DNA of 59,387 nt, counting the filler, from Candidatus Woesearchaeota archaeon CG1_02_57_44 (GTDB lineage Archaea; Nanobdellota; Nanobdellia; Woesearchaeales; CG1-02-57-44): the NCBI GenBank assembly GCA_001871415.1. It is 6 parts of 6 records of this genome, joined end to end, with 100 filler letters (N's around TTAATTAATTAA, not from the genome) between each part and the next. Parts side by side here need not be neighbours in the genome. Positions count along the whole stretch, not along the records: positions 1 to 26,512 come from MNWW01000048.1; 5 more parts are not named here. One strand, given 5' to 3'. The notes under the pieces are model-generated. The model was not told where the DNA came from, did no database searches, and saw only the letters and a program-made list of their open reading frames with translations. This document shows positions 1-7,487 of this stretch, in pieces (within the stretch, counting starts at the first letter, position 1; each line of letters opens with the position of its first letter). A program made the translations under genes and the position numbers.

Positions 1-76
1 CCCGATAGCTTCTGCCTGGACAGGAAAGCCAATGACGCTTCGACATGATGACTGGACGCGCCAAAGATGGGCGACG

Positions 77-213
77 ATAACAAAAATCCGCCACTCGGCG
101 CTAACCGCGGCCTGAAGGCCGCGGTATTACCGCGCCTCGTCATTGCAAGCGGATTTTTGAATTGCAAAGCACGTCCTGAAGGATGGGGTATTCAACCCCG
201 TGCTTTGCAATAA
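77..213. repeat. 137-bp palindromic dispersed repeat, copy 1 (REP/MITE-like or structured RNA)
   Basis: Exact reverse complement of 53215-53351. Stems CAAAAATCCGC/GCGGATTTTTG and ATTGCAAAGCACG/CGTGCTTTGCAAT each enclose a CC-TGAA-GG hairpin. Confidence 0.95.
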
Positions 214-220
214 AGAAAAG

Positions 221-294
221 TGGACTCGCCGGGATTTGAACCCGGAGTCTCCGCCTTGCGAAGGCGGCGTCATACCGGAGTAGACCACGAGCCC
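221..294 (-). tRNA. tRNA-Ala(CGC)
   Basis: Reverse complement folds as a cloverleaf: GGGCTCG/CGAGTCC acceptor with G3.U70, anticodon arm CCGCC-TTCGCAA-GGCGG, T-loop TTCAAAT, discriminator A. Confidence 0.96.
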
Positions 295-461
295 GTTGTT
301 GTTCCTGCGCACAGGCATGCCCTGCATACCCGCTCAGTTCATTGGTTTTGACGACGATGACACCCATCCGGTATCGCGCGGCGGGCTGCGCCGTAAGGCG
401 CATACCCTCCCGGGGTTACCACGAGGGTCTCCCTGGTGCCGTGGGTAAGACCACGAGCCCC
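295..461 (-). ncRNA. Candidate structured RNA/leader upstream of tRNA-Ala, beginning with a duplicate of the tRNA 5' end
   Basis: GGGCTCGTGGTCT occurs at 460-448 and 294-282. Hairpins TACCC..GGGTA, TGCGCC-TTAC-GGCGCA and GCCCGC..GCGGGT. TATA-like TTTATTAA at 510-503. Confidence 0.35.
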
Positions 462-762
462 GATAATAGCGTCAGATTCCAATCCCTGCAATATAGGGTC
501 CATTAATAAAGCTTACCAACAGAGGAACACGCACATGCTGCTTGCCCTTTCCAGAGAGCCTCAGCCTGCCAGCAATGCCCCGGATGCTAGACGGGGGATA
601 CGACACGGCTAATGCGCTTGACCCAGCACCGAATATCCACACCAAGGCTTCATACACAAAGGTTCCCTACCTTGACCATCGCAGTATTCAACCGACCCCA
701 AGACCACAACCCATCTCGAACCTTAGCAGACATATTTAAACTTGCTTCCAACCCTCCCCGTC

Positions 763-2007
763 ATGAGACCGCATACCCATCGCTCAACCGCAGGATTCCT
801 CCTGCTAGTCCTCGCGCTCACTGCCATCCTGGCCGCATGCGCATCCACCGCGCCGCTCCCACCTATCCCAGAGGGCGCCGCGTCTGTGCAGAGCATCGCT
901 GACGCGAACAATGCCTTCGCATTCGACCTGTACAGCAAAGTCGCGGAAAAACCGGGCAATATCTTCTTCTCCCCTTGGAGCCTTTCGACCGCACTTGCCA
1001 TGACATATGAGGGAGCGCGCACCCAGACGCAGGCCGAGATGGCGCAGGTCCTTCACCTCCAGCAAGACGTGAGCGTCAAGGAGGCGTACGATGCTCTGCA
1101 TACTTTGGTCGGTCAGGGTGGCAGGGACTATCAGCTCAGCACGGCCAACGCCTATTGGGCGGACAAGCAATACCGTTTCCTGCAGGACTACTCACATCTG
1201 CTCACCACCTACTATCATGCCCAAGCCAGCAACGTGGACTTTGCCAATGACCTAGAAGGCTCTCGCAAGAAGATAAACGCATGGGTAGAGGATAAGACAA
1301 GAGACAAGATAACCGAGCTCATCAGGGAGGGCGACCTGCCCGGAGCAACGGTGCTGGTGCTCACGAACGCTGTCTATTTCAAGGGCGACTGGGCACAGCA
1401 GTTCGACAAGAAGAAGACGCAACAGCGCGATTTCACCACGCCGACAGGGACCGTGAAAGTGGACATGATGGAAAGCAGCGGAAAGGGCGCGAAGTACAAT
1501 TACGCAGAGAACGATATCATGCAGATGGTCGAGCTGCCCTACAAAGGGGATGATCTCTCCATGCTCGTCATCCTGCCGAAAGAGGGGACCACACTGGCAC
1601 AGGTCGAATCAGCGCTGCCAGAGAACCTCGCCCTCTGGCGAAGCAGTCTACGTGACCAACAGCTGACGCTCTTCCTGCCCAAGTTCGAGCTTGACGAGCG
1701 ACTGGACAATCTTCCCATCCAGCTCCAACAATTGGGAATGCGGGCCGCATTCAACCTGGACGCCGATTTCTCCGGCATGGACGGCTCGAAGATGCTCCAG
1801 ATAGGCAACGTGCTGCACAAGGCATATGTTAAGGTAGATGAACAAGGAACCGAAGCCGCTGCTGCCACTGCAGTCGTCGTTGTGCTGAAGACCGCCATCA
1901 TCCAGCAGACCGTCTTCGAAGCAGATCATCCGTTCCTGTTCCTCATCCAGGAGCGCAGCACGGGCGCGATACTATTCATCGGACGTTTGGAGAATCCTGC
2001 TGCTTGA
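763..2007 (+). CDS. Serpin (serine protease inhibitor), predicted lipoprotein
   Basis: NIFFSPWS, LVLTNAVYFKGDW, hinge EQGTEAAAAT, FEADHPFLFLI. N-terminal hydrophobic stretch ends in LAAC. TATA box at 732-740 supports ATG 763. Confidence 0.95.
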   Translation: MRPHTHRSTAGFLLLVLALTAILAACASTAPLPPIPEGAASVQSIADANNAFAFDLYSKVAEKPGNIFFSPWSLSTALAMTYEGARTQTQAEMAQVLHLQQDVSVKEAYDALHTLVGQGGRDYQLSTANAYWADKQYRFLQDYSHLLTTYYHAQASNVDFANDLEGSRKKINAWVEDKTRDKITELIREGDLPGATVLVLTNAVYFKGDWAQQFDKKKTQQRDFTTPTGTVKVDMMESSGKGAKYNYAENDIMQMVELPYKGDDLSMLVILPKEGTTLAQVESALPENLALWRSSLRDQQLTLFLPKFELDERLDNLPIQLQQLGMRAAFNLDADFSGMDGSKMLQIGNVLHKAYVKVDEQGTEAAAATAVVVVLKTAIIQQTVFEADHPFLFLIQERSTGAILFIGRLENPAA

Positions 2008-2049
2008 GCATCAGACCGAGAAGGATAGAAACAGGCGCGACAGGGAAGA

Positions 2050-2841
2050 TCATGACTGATACCTGCCCATCGCCATCCCGAGCACCGCCTGCTCGTTCAT
2101 CTCTATCATGCGCCGCATCTCCCCGAGCGTCACGCCCTTGATTCCTGCCACCACCGCAAGGGTGCCAGCCACACAGGATGGCTCATTGGGAACACGCTTA
2201 TCCAGTCCCAGGAATGGCGCGTCGCTCTCCAGCAGCAGCTGACGCGATGACACCATGCTGACCAATGCCTGGAACTGCTCGCTCCGGGCAATAATCGCAG
2301 GAACAGAAAAATAACAACCCAGTTCCATCGCTTTCTTCACCAGCGCCTTCTTGCCGCAGAAGCAGTGCAACACCACCGTCGCCTTGCGACCTTCAGCCAC
2401 GAGCCCCTCAATCATCTCCAGTACCCGCGCTTCCGCCTTGCGTGTGTGCACAATCGATGGCAGCCCCGTCACTGCACCCAATGAAAGAAACCTGCCGAAC
2501 ACCGCTTCCTGCCGAGCCACATCGATGATTGAGCGTTCTTCGGAAAAATCCAACCCCACTTCAGACAGCGCGACAATCTTCCCTGCAACAGCCTGCGCTT
2601 CGATGAACCTGAACTCAGCATCCACCTCCGCATCGCTCATGACCTGCGCCTCATCGGGATACAGCCCCAATGCAGCATATACTGTCGGATGCGAAGCCGC
2701 CAGGTCAAGCACCTTACGGTTGCTCTCAGGATTGATTCCCGCAGCAATGACCCCACGTACCCCCGCAGCACGCATCCGCTCCAGCACCCCGGAAACATCA
2801 GTGAAATCCTTCCAGTCCAGATGCGCATGAATATCAAGCAT
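2050..2841 (-). CDS. tatD: TatD-family DNase
   Basis: DIHAHLD, EVGLDF, IVHTRKAE, VLHCF and LLLESDAPF motifs. Start trimmed to MLDIHAH. Confidence 0.92.
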   Translation of the reverse strand: MLDIHAHLDWKDFTDVSGVLERMRAAGVRGVIAAGINPESNRKVLDLAASHPTVYAALGLYPDEAQVMSDAEVDAEFRFIEAQAVAGKIVALSEVGLDFSEERSIIDVARQEAVFGRFLSLGAVTGLPSIVHTRKAEARVLEMIEGLVAEGRKATVVLHCFCGKKALVKKAMELGCYFSVPAIIARSEQFQALVSMVSSRQLLLESDAPFLGLDKRVPNEPSCVAGTLAVVAGIKGVTLGEMRRMIEMNEQAVLGMAMGRYQS

Positions 2842-2896
2842 AAACGTACAATCTTGGATCCCTATAAAAAGATTTTTAACCCTCGCGGGCATCGCC

Positions 2897-3808
2897 ATGG
2901 CAATGGAACCTGTCAAAGACATCGCCATTGCAAAGGACACAAACATCAGGGAGCTGCTCAGGCAGTTCCGCAACACCGGCTTTCAGGCGCACCATATCGC
3001 GGTAGCTGCTGACATCGTGCAGAAGATGCATGAGGACAAGGACTGCGCTATCGTCATGAGCTTTCCCTGCAACCTGGTCGCATCAGGCCTGCGCGGTGTC
3101 ATGCGCCAATTAGTGGAACAAGGTATCGTCAAGGTATTGGTCACCACATCAGGCACGGTGGACGAGGATTTCATCCGCAGCAAGAGCACCTACCTGCAGG
3201 GCGAGTTCGAGGCCGACGACGAGCAGCTTGGCAAAGACGGTATCAACCGCATGGGCAATGTCTTTGTGCCCAATGACCGCTATGAGCTGCTGGAGACAGA
3301 GATGCCAGCGATACTCGATGCGATAGCGAAGGAGCGGCCGAGAATAACACCAAGCAAGCTCCTCGAAGAGATCGGAAAGAGATGCCCCGAAGGCTCCCTG
3401 CTCAAAGCAGCCGCAGACAAGAATGTCCCCATCTACTGCCCGGGCATCACCGACGGTGCTTTCGGCATGCAGCTCTTCTTGTTCCAGCAGAAGCGTCCTG
3501 ATTTTGTGGTCGATCCAGTAGCTGATCTTAAGCAGGCGGTCTCGAATTCTTTCGGCTTCAAGCGCATGGGGCTTATCGCGCTGGGCGGTGGCATTGCCAA
3601 GCATCACGCGATTCTTTCCAGCCTGATGCGCGGCGGCTTTGATTACGCCGTCTACGTCAACAGTTCCAGCCCGTATCGCGGCTCATTATCAGGGGCGACG
3701 ACCAGCGAAGCTATGTCCTGGGGCAAGGTCAAGCCAGGCAATGCTGTCACGGTGCACGGAGACGCGCAGATAGTGCTGCCATTGCTCGCCGCGATGGTGC
3801 TTGAATAA
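2897..3808 (+). CDS. dys: Deoxyhypusine synthase
   Basis: TGFQA, NLVASGLR, GINRMGNVFVPN, GSLSGA and EAMSWGK (catalytic Lys). Confidence 0.95.
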   Translation: MAMEPVKDIAIAKDTNIRELLRQFRNTGFQAHHIAVAADIVQKMHEDKDCAIVMSFPCNLVASGLRGVMRQLVEQGIVKVLVTTSGTVDEDFIRSKSTYLQGEFEADDEQLGKDGINRMGNVFVPNDRYELLETEMPAILDAIAKERPRITPSKLLEEIGKRCPEGSLLKAAADKNVPIYCPGITDGAFGMQLFLFQQKRPDFVVDPVADLKQAVSNSFGFKRMGLIALGGGIAKHHAILSSLMRGGFDYAVYVNSSSPYRGSLSGATTSEAMSWGKVKPGNAVTVHGDAQIVLPLLAAMVLE

Positions 3809-3869
3809 GGCCCGAAAAGCAGACGTTTTCAGGCAGCGGCCCGCTGTCGCGGTGCGGCACGCTGCCACG

Positions 3870-4253
3870 CTAGTCTCGCAGCAGCAGGCAGCGCGTGTTG
3901 GCCGTGAGATGCCCTTCGTCAGGATGCTGCACCAGATAGACCAGGCCACGCAGGGCGTCATCCACCACCAGAGCCCTATCGCACCCAGCGTCGACCCGGT
4001 GATTGCATTCGAGCAGACGGTAATCATCGCGTGGCTGCAGCTGCACATCCACCTCATAGTGTCTGTCCGTAGCGGTCGCATACCCCTCAAAGCCACAACC
4101 GGCGATCCGGTGCGGATGCTCCGCGCAGCCAAGCGGCACCTCCAGCGATCGGAAGGATGATGGCTCTATCTGCAGGCCGCTGGCCATCGACAGCACCGCA
4201 GCTATCTGCTCACGGTCCAGAAAAGCATCCAGCATGCCAAGCTCATGACGCAT
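3870..4253 (-). CDS. Hypothetical protein
   Basis: ORF fills the gap between dys and the decarboxylase. TATA-like TTTATAT about 25 nt upstream of ATG 4253. No recognised motif. Confidence 0.45.
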   Translation of the reverse strand: MRHELGMLDAFLDREQIAAVLSMASGLQIEPSSFRSLEVPLGCAEHPHRIAGCGFEGYATATDRHYEVDVQLQPRDDYRLLECNHRVDAGCDRALVVDDALRGLVYLVQHPDEGHLTANTRCLLLRD

Positions 4254-4319
4254 GCATCGCAGGAAACACAAGGAGGATATAAACGTCGCTATAGGACTGC
4301 GCAAGGGACAATTCGCGCA

Positions 4320-5420
4320 TCACTCCTTGACGACGACCATGCATGATGGTCCGAAGTCGGTGCTGAACGCGTATGCGCCCGCATTGCCCATGAGCAAGAG
4401 ATCTCCTTCTTTCGCCGCCACTCGCGCGGACGGATGCAGGATATCCAGGCTGTCAGGCAGCTTGCCGCGCAGCACGACGCCCTCGTCGGCGAATGGCGCA
4501 ACCGCACCATCCGCCAATACCTTCAGCACAGGCAGATACTGCCGCACCAGGATGGCATCCATGCAGCCAGAATAGCACGAGAAATCCACTGTAGCGACAC
4601 CTGGCTTGGTGGCGATGACGCGCATCAGCACTATTCCAGCCGGCGCCGCGATGAAGCGTCCAGGCTCGAACGCTATCTCAGCTCCCGCAGATTCATCGAC
4701 CAGCTGCTTGATGATATCCTGGCTGCCGCGGAAGATGCTCTCCAGCGACAGCGCTTGCTCGTCATAGCTGACCGGATAGCCACCGCCTGTGTCGATGACA
4801 GCCAGAGAAACCTTGGCAGCCCTCACCGCAGCCATCGCGCTGAGCACAAAGCCGAAGTGCTCGCGCCATTTAGGCAGGTTGTTGTTCTGTGAGAAGCTAT
4901 GGCAATGCAGTCCGACTTTTACGTCCTTGCTGTGCAGGGAGCGCAAGGCATCAACGCATTCCTTGAGAGGCATGCCCAGCGACGCGTGGCTCCGGTAAGT
5001 ACCGCCGACGGTGCTTGACATCCTGCAAAGAATAGTCGCTTGAGGCGCGACCTCAGCGAGCAATGACGCCTGGCTGGCCGAATCCGCGATGAACCGCGTC
5101 ACACCACGCGAAGCAGCCGCCACAATCATGTCGCGCGTGTATGCCTGCGCGAGCATGGTGACCTTGTCAGCTGCTGCGACACTTAGCACCCTATCAAGCT
5201 GGCGTTCGTCCGTGACCATGAAGCAGACATTCGTTTCCGCCAGCGCGCCGACCAGCTCTGGGTTGGCCTTGACAGAATAATGGACAGTAGCTTTAGGAAA
5301 GTAACCTTGTACGCTGCGCTCGAAGTGACGAGCCTGCAGCACCGCTGTCGGGCCATGGAGTACCAGCGACGGCGTCTGCTGCACCCCTGCCACTGCCTCC
5401 TGCATCCAAGGATCAAGCAT
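4320..5420 (-). CDS. Divergent fold-type III PLP decarboxylase (ornithine/diaminopimelate/arginine decarboxylase family)
   Basis: HYSVKANP (PLP Lys), IDTGGGYP, FEPGRF and GNAGAY. Confidence 0.85.
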   Translation of the reverse strand: MLDPWMQEAVAGVQQTPSLVLHGPTAVLQARHFERSVQGYFPKATVHYSVKANPELVGALAETNVCFMVTDERQLDRVLSVAAADKVTMLAQAYTRDMIVAAASRGVTRFIADSASQASLLAEVAPQATILCRMSSTVGGTYRSHASLGMPLKECVDALRSLHSKDVKVGLHCHSFSQNNNLPKWREHFGFVLSAMAAVRAAKVSLAVIDTGGGYPVSYDEQALSLESIFRGSQDIIKQLVDESAGAEIAFEPGRFIAAPAGIVLMRVIATKPGVATVDFSCYSGCMDAILVRQYLPVLKVLADGAVAPFADEGVVLRGKLPDSLDILHPSARVAAKEGDLLLMGNAGAYAFSTDFGPSCMVVVKE

Positions 5421-5505
5421 GCTGCTGGCAAGCGGGCCCGGTTATAAAAAGATATAGGTGAAAAGAAGATAGTGCCTATAATCCTCATGCGAAGGTCCTG
5501 TCTCG

Positions 5506-6354
5506 TTATCGCAATCCCTGCTGGATGATGCGCTGATAGAGGACATTGTTATTGAGCATGTATGTCTCAATAATCGCGCCCAGGATGACAAATCCTATTG
5601 CGAGGGCCAGCAGCAGCAGAGTCGCGTTCATGACGCGGCTGCGTTTCTCTTCGCTTTTCTCTTTCTCCACGCCGACAGAGATGAGCCCGCCTGCAGCGGC
5701 TGCGGAAAAGTACGCGAGCGCTTCTGTTATCATGTGCGGGAAGACCGCGATGATGACCAGTCCAAGGTAGATCAGCGGCGCCTTGCCTGTGCTGGCCGCC
5801 GCGTTCTTGGCGAGATCGCCGAATAGCGTTCCCCAGACCGATGCATTGAGCGTGATGATGAACAAGCCAGAATCCCCGATGATGAACGCGGAGACAAAGC
5901 AGAACACCATGACTTTCAGGTTATTGGAGAAGAGCGACTTGAACAGACCCTGGCTGAACGTGGCCTGCCCGACGCTGCCATACCTGACGCTCAGGAGCGA
6001 ACTGAACAGATGGCCTGCCGCGAGCGTGGGAAGAACCGTCGAGAAGATGGCGAAAGTGGTGAACACGCCGAGGAACGCGAATAGGTAGGCGAGGATCATA
6101 TTGCGATGGACCGTGAGCACCCCAAGGCCGACGCTCTCTTTCGTGGCAGAGTTAAGCTCCCCGCGCTGCACAATAGCGTCAATGGTCGGTATCAGGAGAA
6201 TGGCTGTGAGCGCGACAGCGACCATGCTGGGTTCCTGCGGAAACAGGAACAACGCGAGAAACAGGCCGAAGACACTGTAGGCGAAGCCCAGGACGAATGC
6301 GGACCATGGCCGATTCTCCAGCCACCCGCTCGGATATATTTTTTCAAGGACCAT
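5506..6354 (-). CDS. SpoIIM/DUF95-family membrane protein
   Basis: Multiple TM helices; LFSNNLKV, FPHMITE and GAIIE motifs. Confidence 0.8.
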   Translation of the reverse strand: MVLEKIYPSGWLENRPWSAFVLGFAYSVFGLFLALFLFPQEPSMVAVALTAILLIPTIDAIVQRGELNSATKESVGLGVLTVHRNMILAYLFAFLGVFTTFAIFSTVLPTLAAGHLFSSLLSVRYGSVGQATFSQGLFKSLFSNNLKVMVFCFVSAFIIGDSGLFIITLNASVWGTLFGDLAKNAAASTGKAPLIYLGLVIIAVFPHMITEALAYFSAAAAGGLISVGVEKEKSEEKRSRVMNATLLLLALAIGFVILGAIIETYMLNNNVLYQRIIQQGLR

Positions 6355-6473
6355 ACGAACACCAGCACGGTTATAGGCCCTGGATCAGGGGACGCGAGGA
6401 GCACACGACTGCGCACTGCCTGCGGGAGCATAATCCTCGAAAACCAAAGTCAGCGGCAAAATCAGCCGCGCCC

Positions 6474-6812
6474 TCATCCTTGCAGGCACACACCAGCGTC
6501 GCAGCCGGATGGACAGTCGATGAGTCGGTAGTCGATAGCGCCTTTCAGGCAGATGGCCTCGCGCAGAGTGACTGTATCAAGGCATGCGTCAAAGTACCTC
6601 TTTTGATCGTAGGCGACATAACCGTACAGAGCTATGTCAGGTCCACCGTCACTGTCAAAGCATGCAGGAGCGAATGCCATGCCCGCCGCGCCACTGCCTG
6701 TACCAGGATAATTGGTGATGACAACGAGCCCTGTCAGAGTGGCGAGCAGCAGGATGAGCGCCCCGATAGTCGCCAGGGACGATGGCTTGTGGATCATGGC
6801 CATGGTAATCAT
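6474..6812 (-). CDS. Small secreted/membrane-anchored Cys-rich protein (CxDSDGG module)
   Basis: N-terminal TM followed by CFDSDGG..DAC..LREAIC..CPSGCDAGVC, a disulfide module typical of DPANN surface proteins. Confidence 0.75.
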   Translation of the reverse strand: MITMAMIHKPSSLATIGALILLLATLTGLVVITNYPGTGSGAAGMAFAPACFDSDGGPDIALYGYVAYDQKRYFDACLDTVTLREAICLKGAIDYRLIDCPSGCDAGVCLQG

Positions 6813-6877
6813 GCTCGCTACGCGTATTTAATAACTTTTCGGCAGGTATTTATACGCTGGGTAATATCCGGCATTTC

Positions 6878-7279
6878 ATGCCAATTGTCCGTTTCGCGTT
6901 TACCAAGATGGATGCGCAGAGAAATGCGCTGCCTGATGGCCCAGTGACCATCAACAGCAAGATAGCGTTCAAGAAAGTGGAGAATGCTGACCTGCTGCTG
7001 GGAAAGAGCCAGCAGGACGGTCTGCGCCTCACGTTTGAATTCGTCTCCTCCTATGGGCCGGATGTCGGCAAGATAGCCCTGACCGGTGAGATTCTGTATA
7101 TCGATGAGCAGGAAAAAATCGCTTCCATGACCGCGGCCTGGAAAAAGGACAAGAAGCTGGACGATAACACCAACCGACTGCTATTGGCCCCTGTCCTGGA
7201 CAAGTGCAATATCCAGGCGCTCTTTTTGTCCAAGGATTTGGAGCTTCCACCGCCAGTGCAGCTGCCGCGTCTTGGATAA
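6878..7279 (+). CDS. Conserved archaeal hypothetical protein (possibly SecB-like fold)
   Basis: Clean ORF with TATA at about 6847-6854. C-terminal LELPPPVQLP resembles an archaeal family. The fold is inference only. Confidence 0.7.
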   Translation: MPIVRFAFTKMDAQRNALPDGPVTINSKIAFKKVENADLLLGKSQQDGLRLTFEFVSSYGPDVGKIALTGEILYIDEQEKIASMTAAWKKDKKLDDNTNRLLLAPVLDKCNIQALFLSKDLELPPPVQLPRLG

Positions 7280-7487
7280 GCTAATGTTTCCCGGACAGCG
7301 ACAAGAATCCTGCGATCCTTATTCTGGTCAATTCCATCATCCTCTGTCAGTTCTGCCGCCAGGACCTTGATGCATGCAATACGCCCGCGATGCAACGATC
7401 AATGCAATAGACGGAATTGCACCCCAGAGTCTGAAAATCGCGCCATACAGAGTAATACATATATAGGGGGACAAACTCGTTTTTCCC

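Noticed and set aside
127..403. ORFs 127-327 and 140-403, and 53026-53301 sharing the peptide LLQSTGLNTPSFRTCFAIQKSACNDEAR
   Set aside because: They run through the tRNA or the dispersed repeat; the shared peptide only reflects the DNA repeat.
221..461. tmRNA, RNase P RNA, SRP RNA or 5S rRNA identity for the tRNA-Ala upstream region
   Set aside because: No terminated tag reading frame, no GAGGAAAGUCC-type P4 motif, no SRP helix-8 motif and no 5S consensus found by eye. Kept only as an unknown structured RNA.
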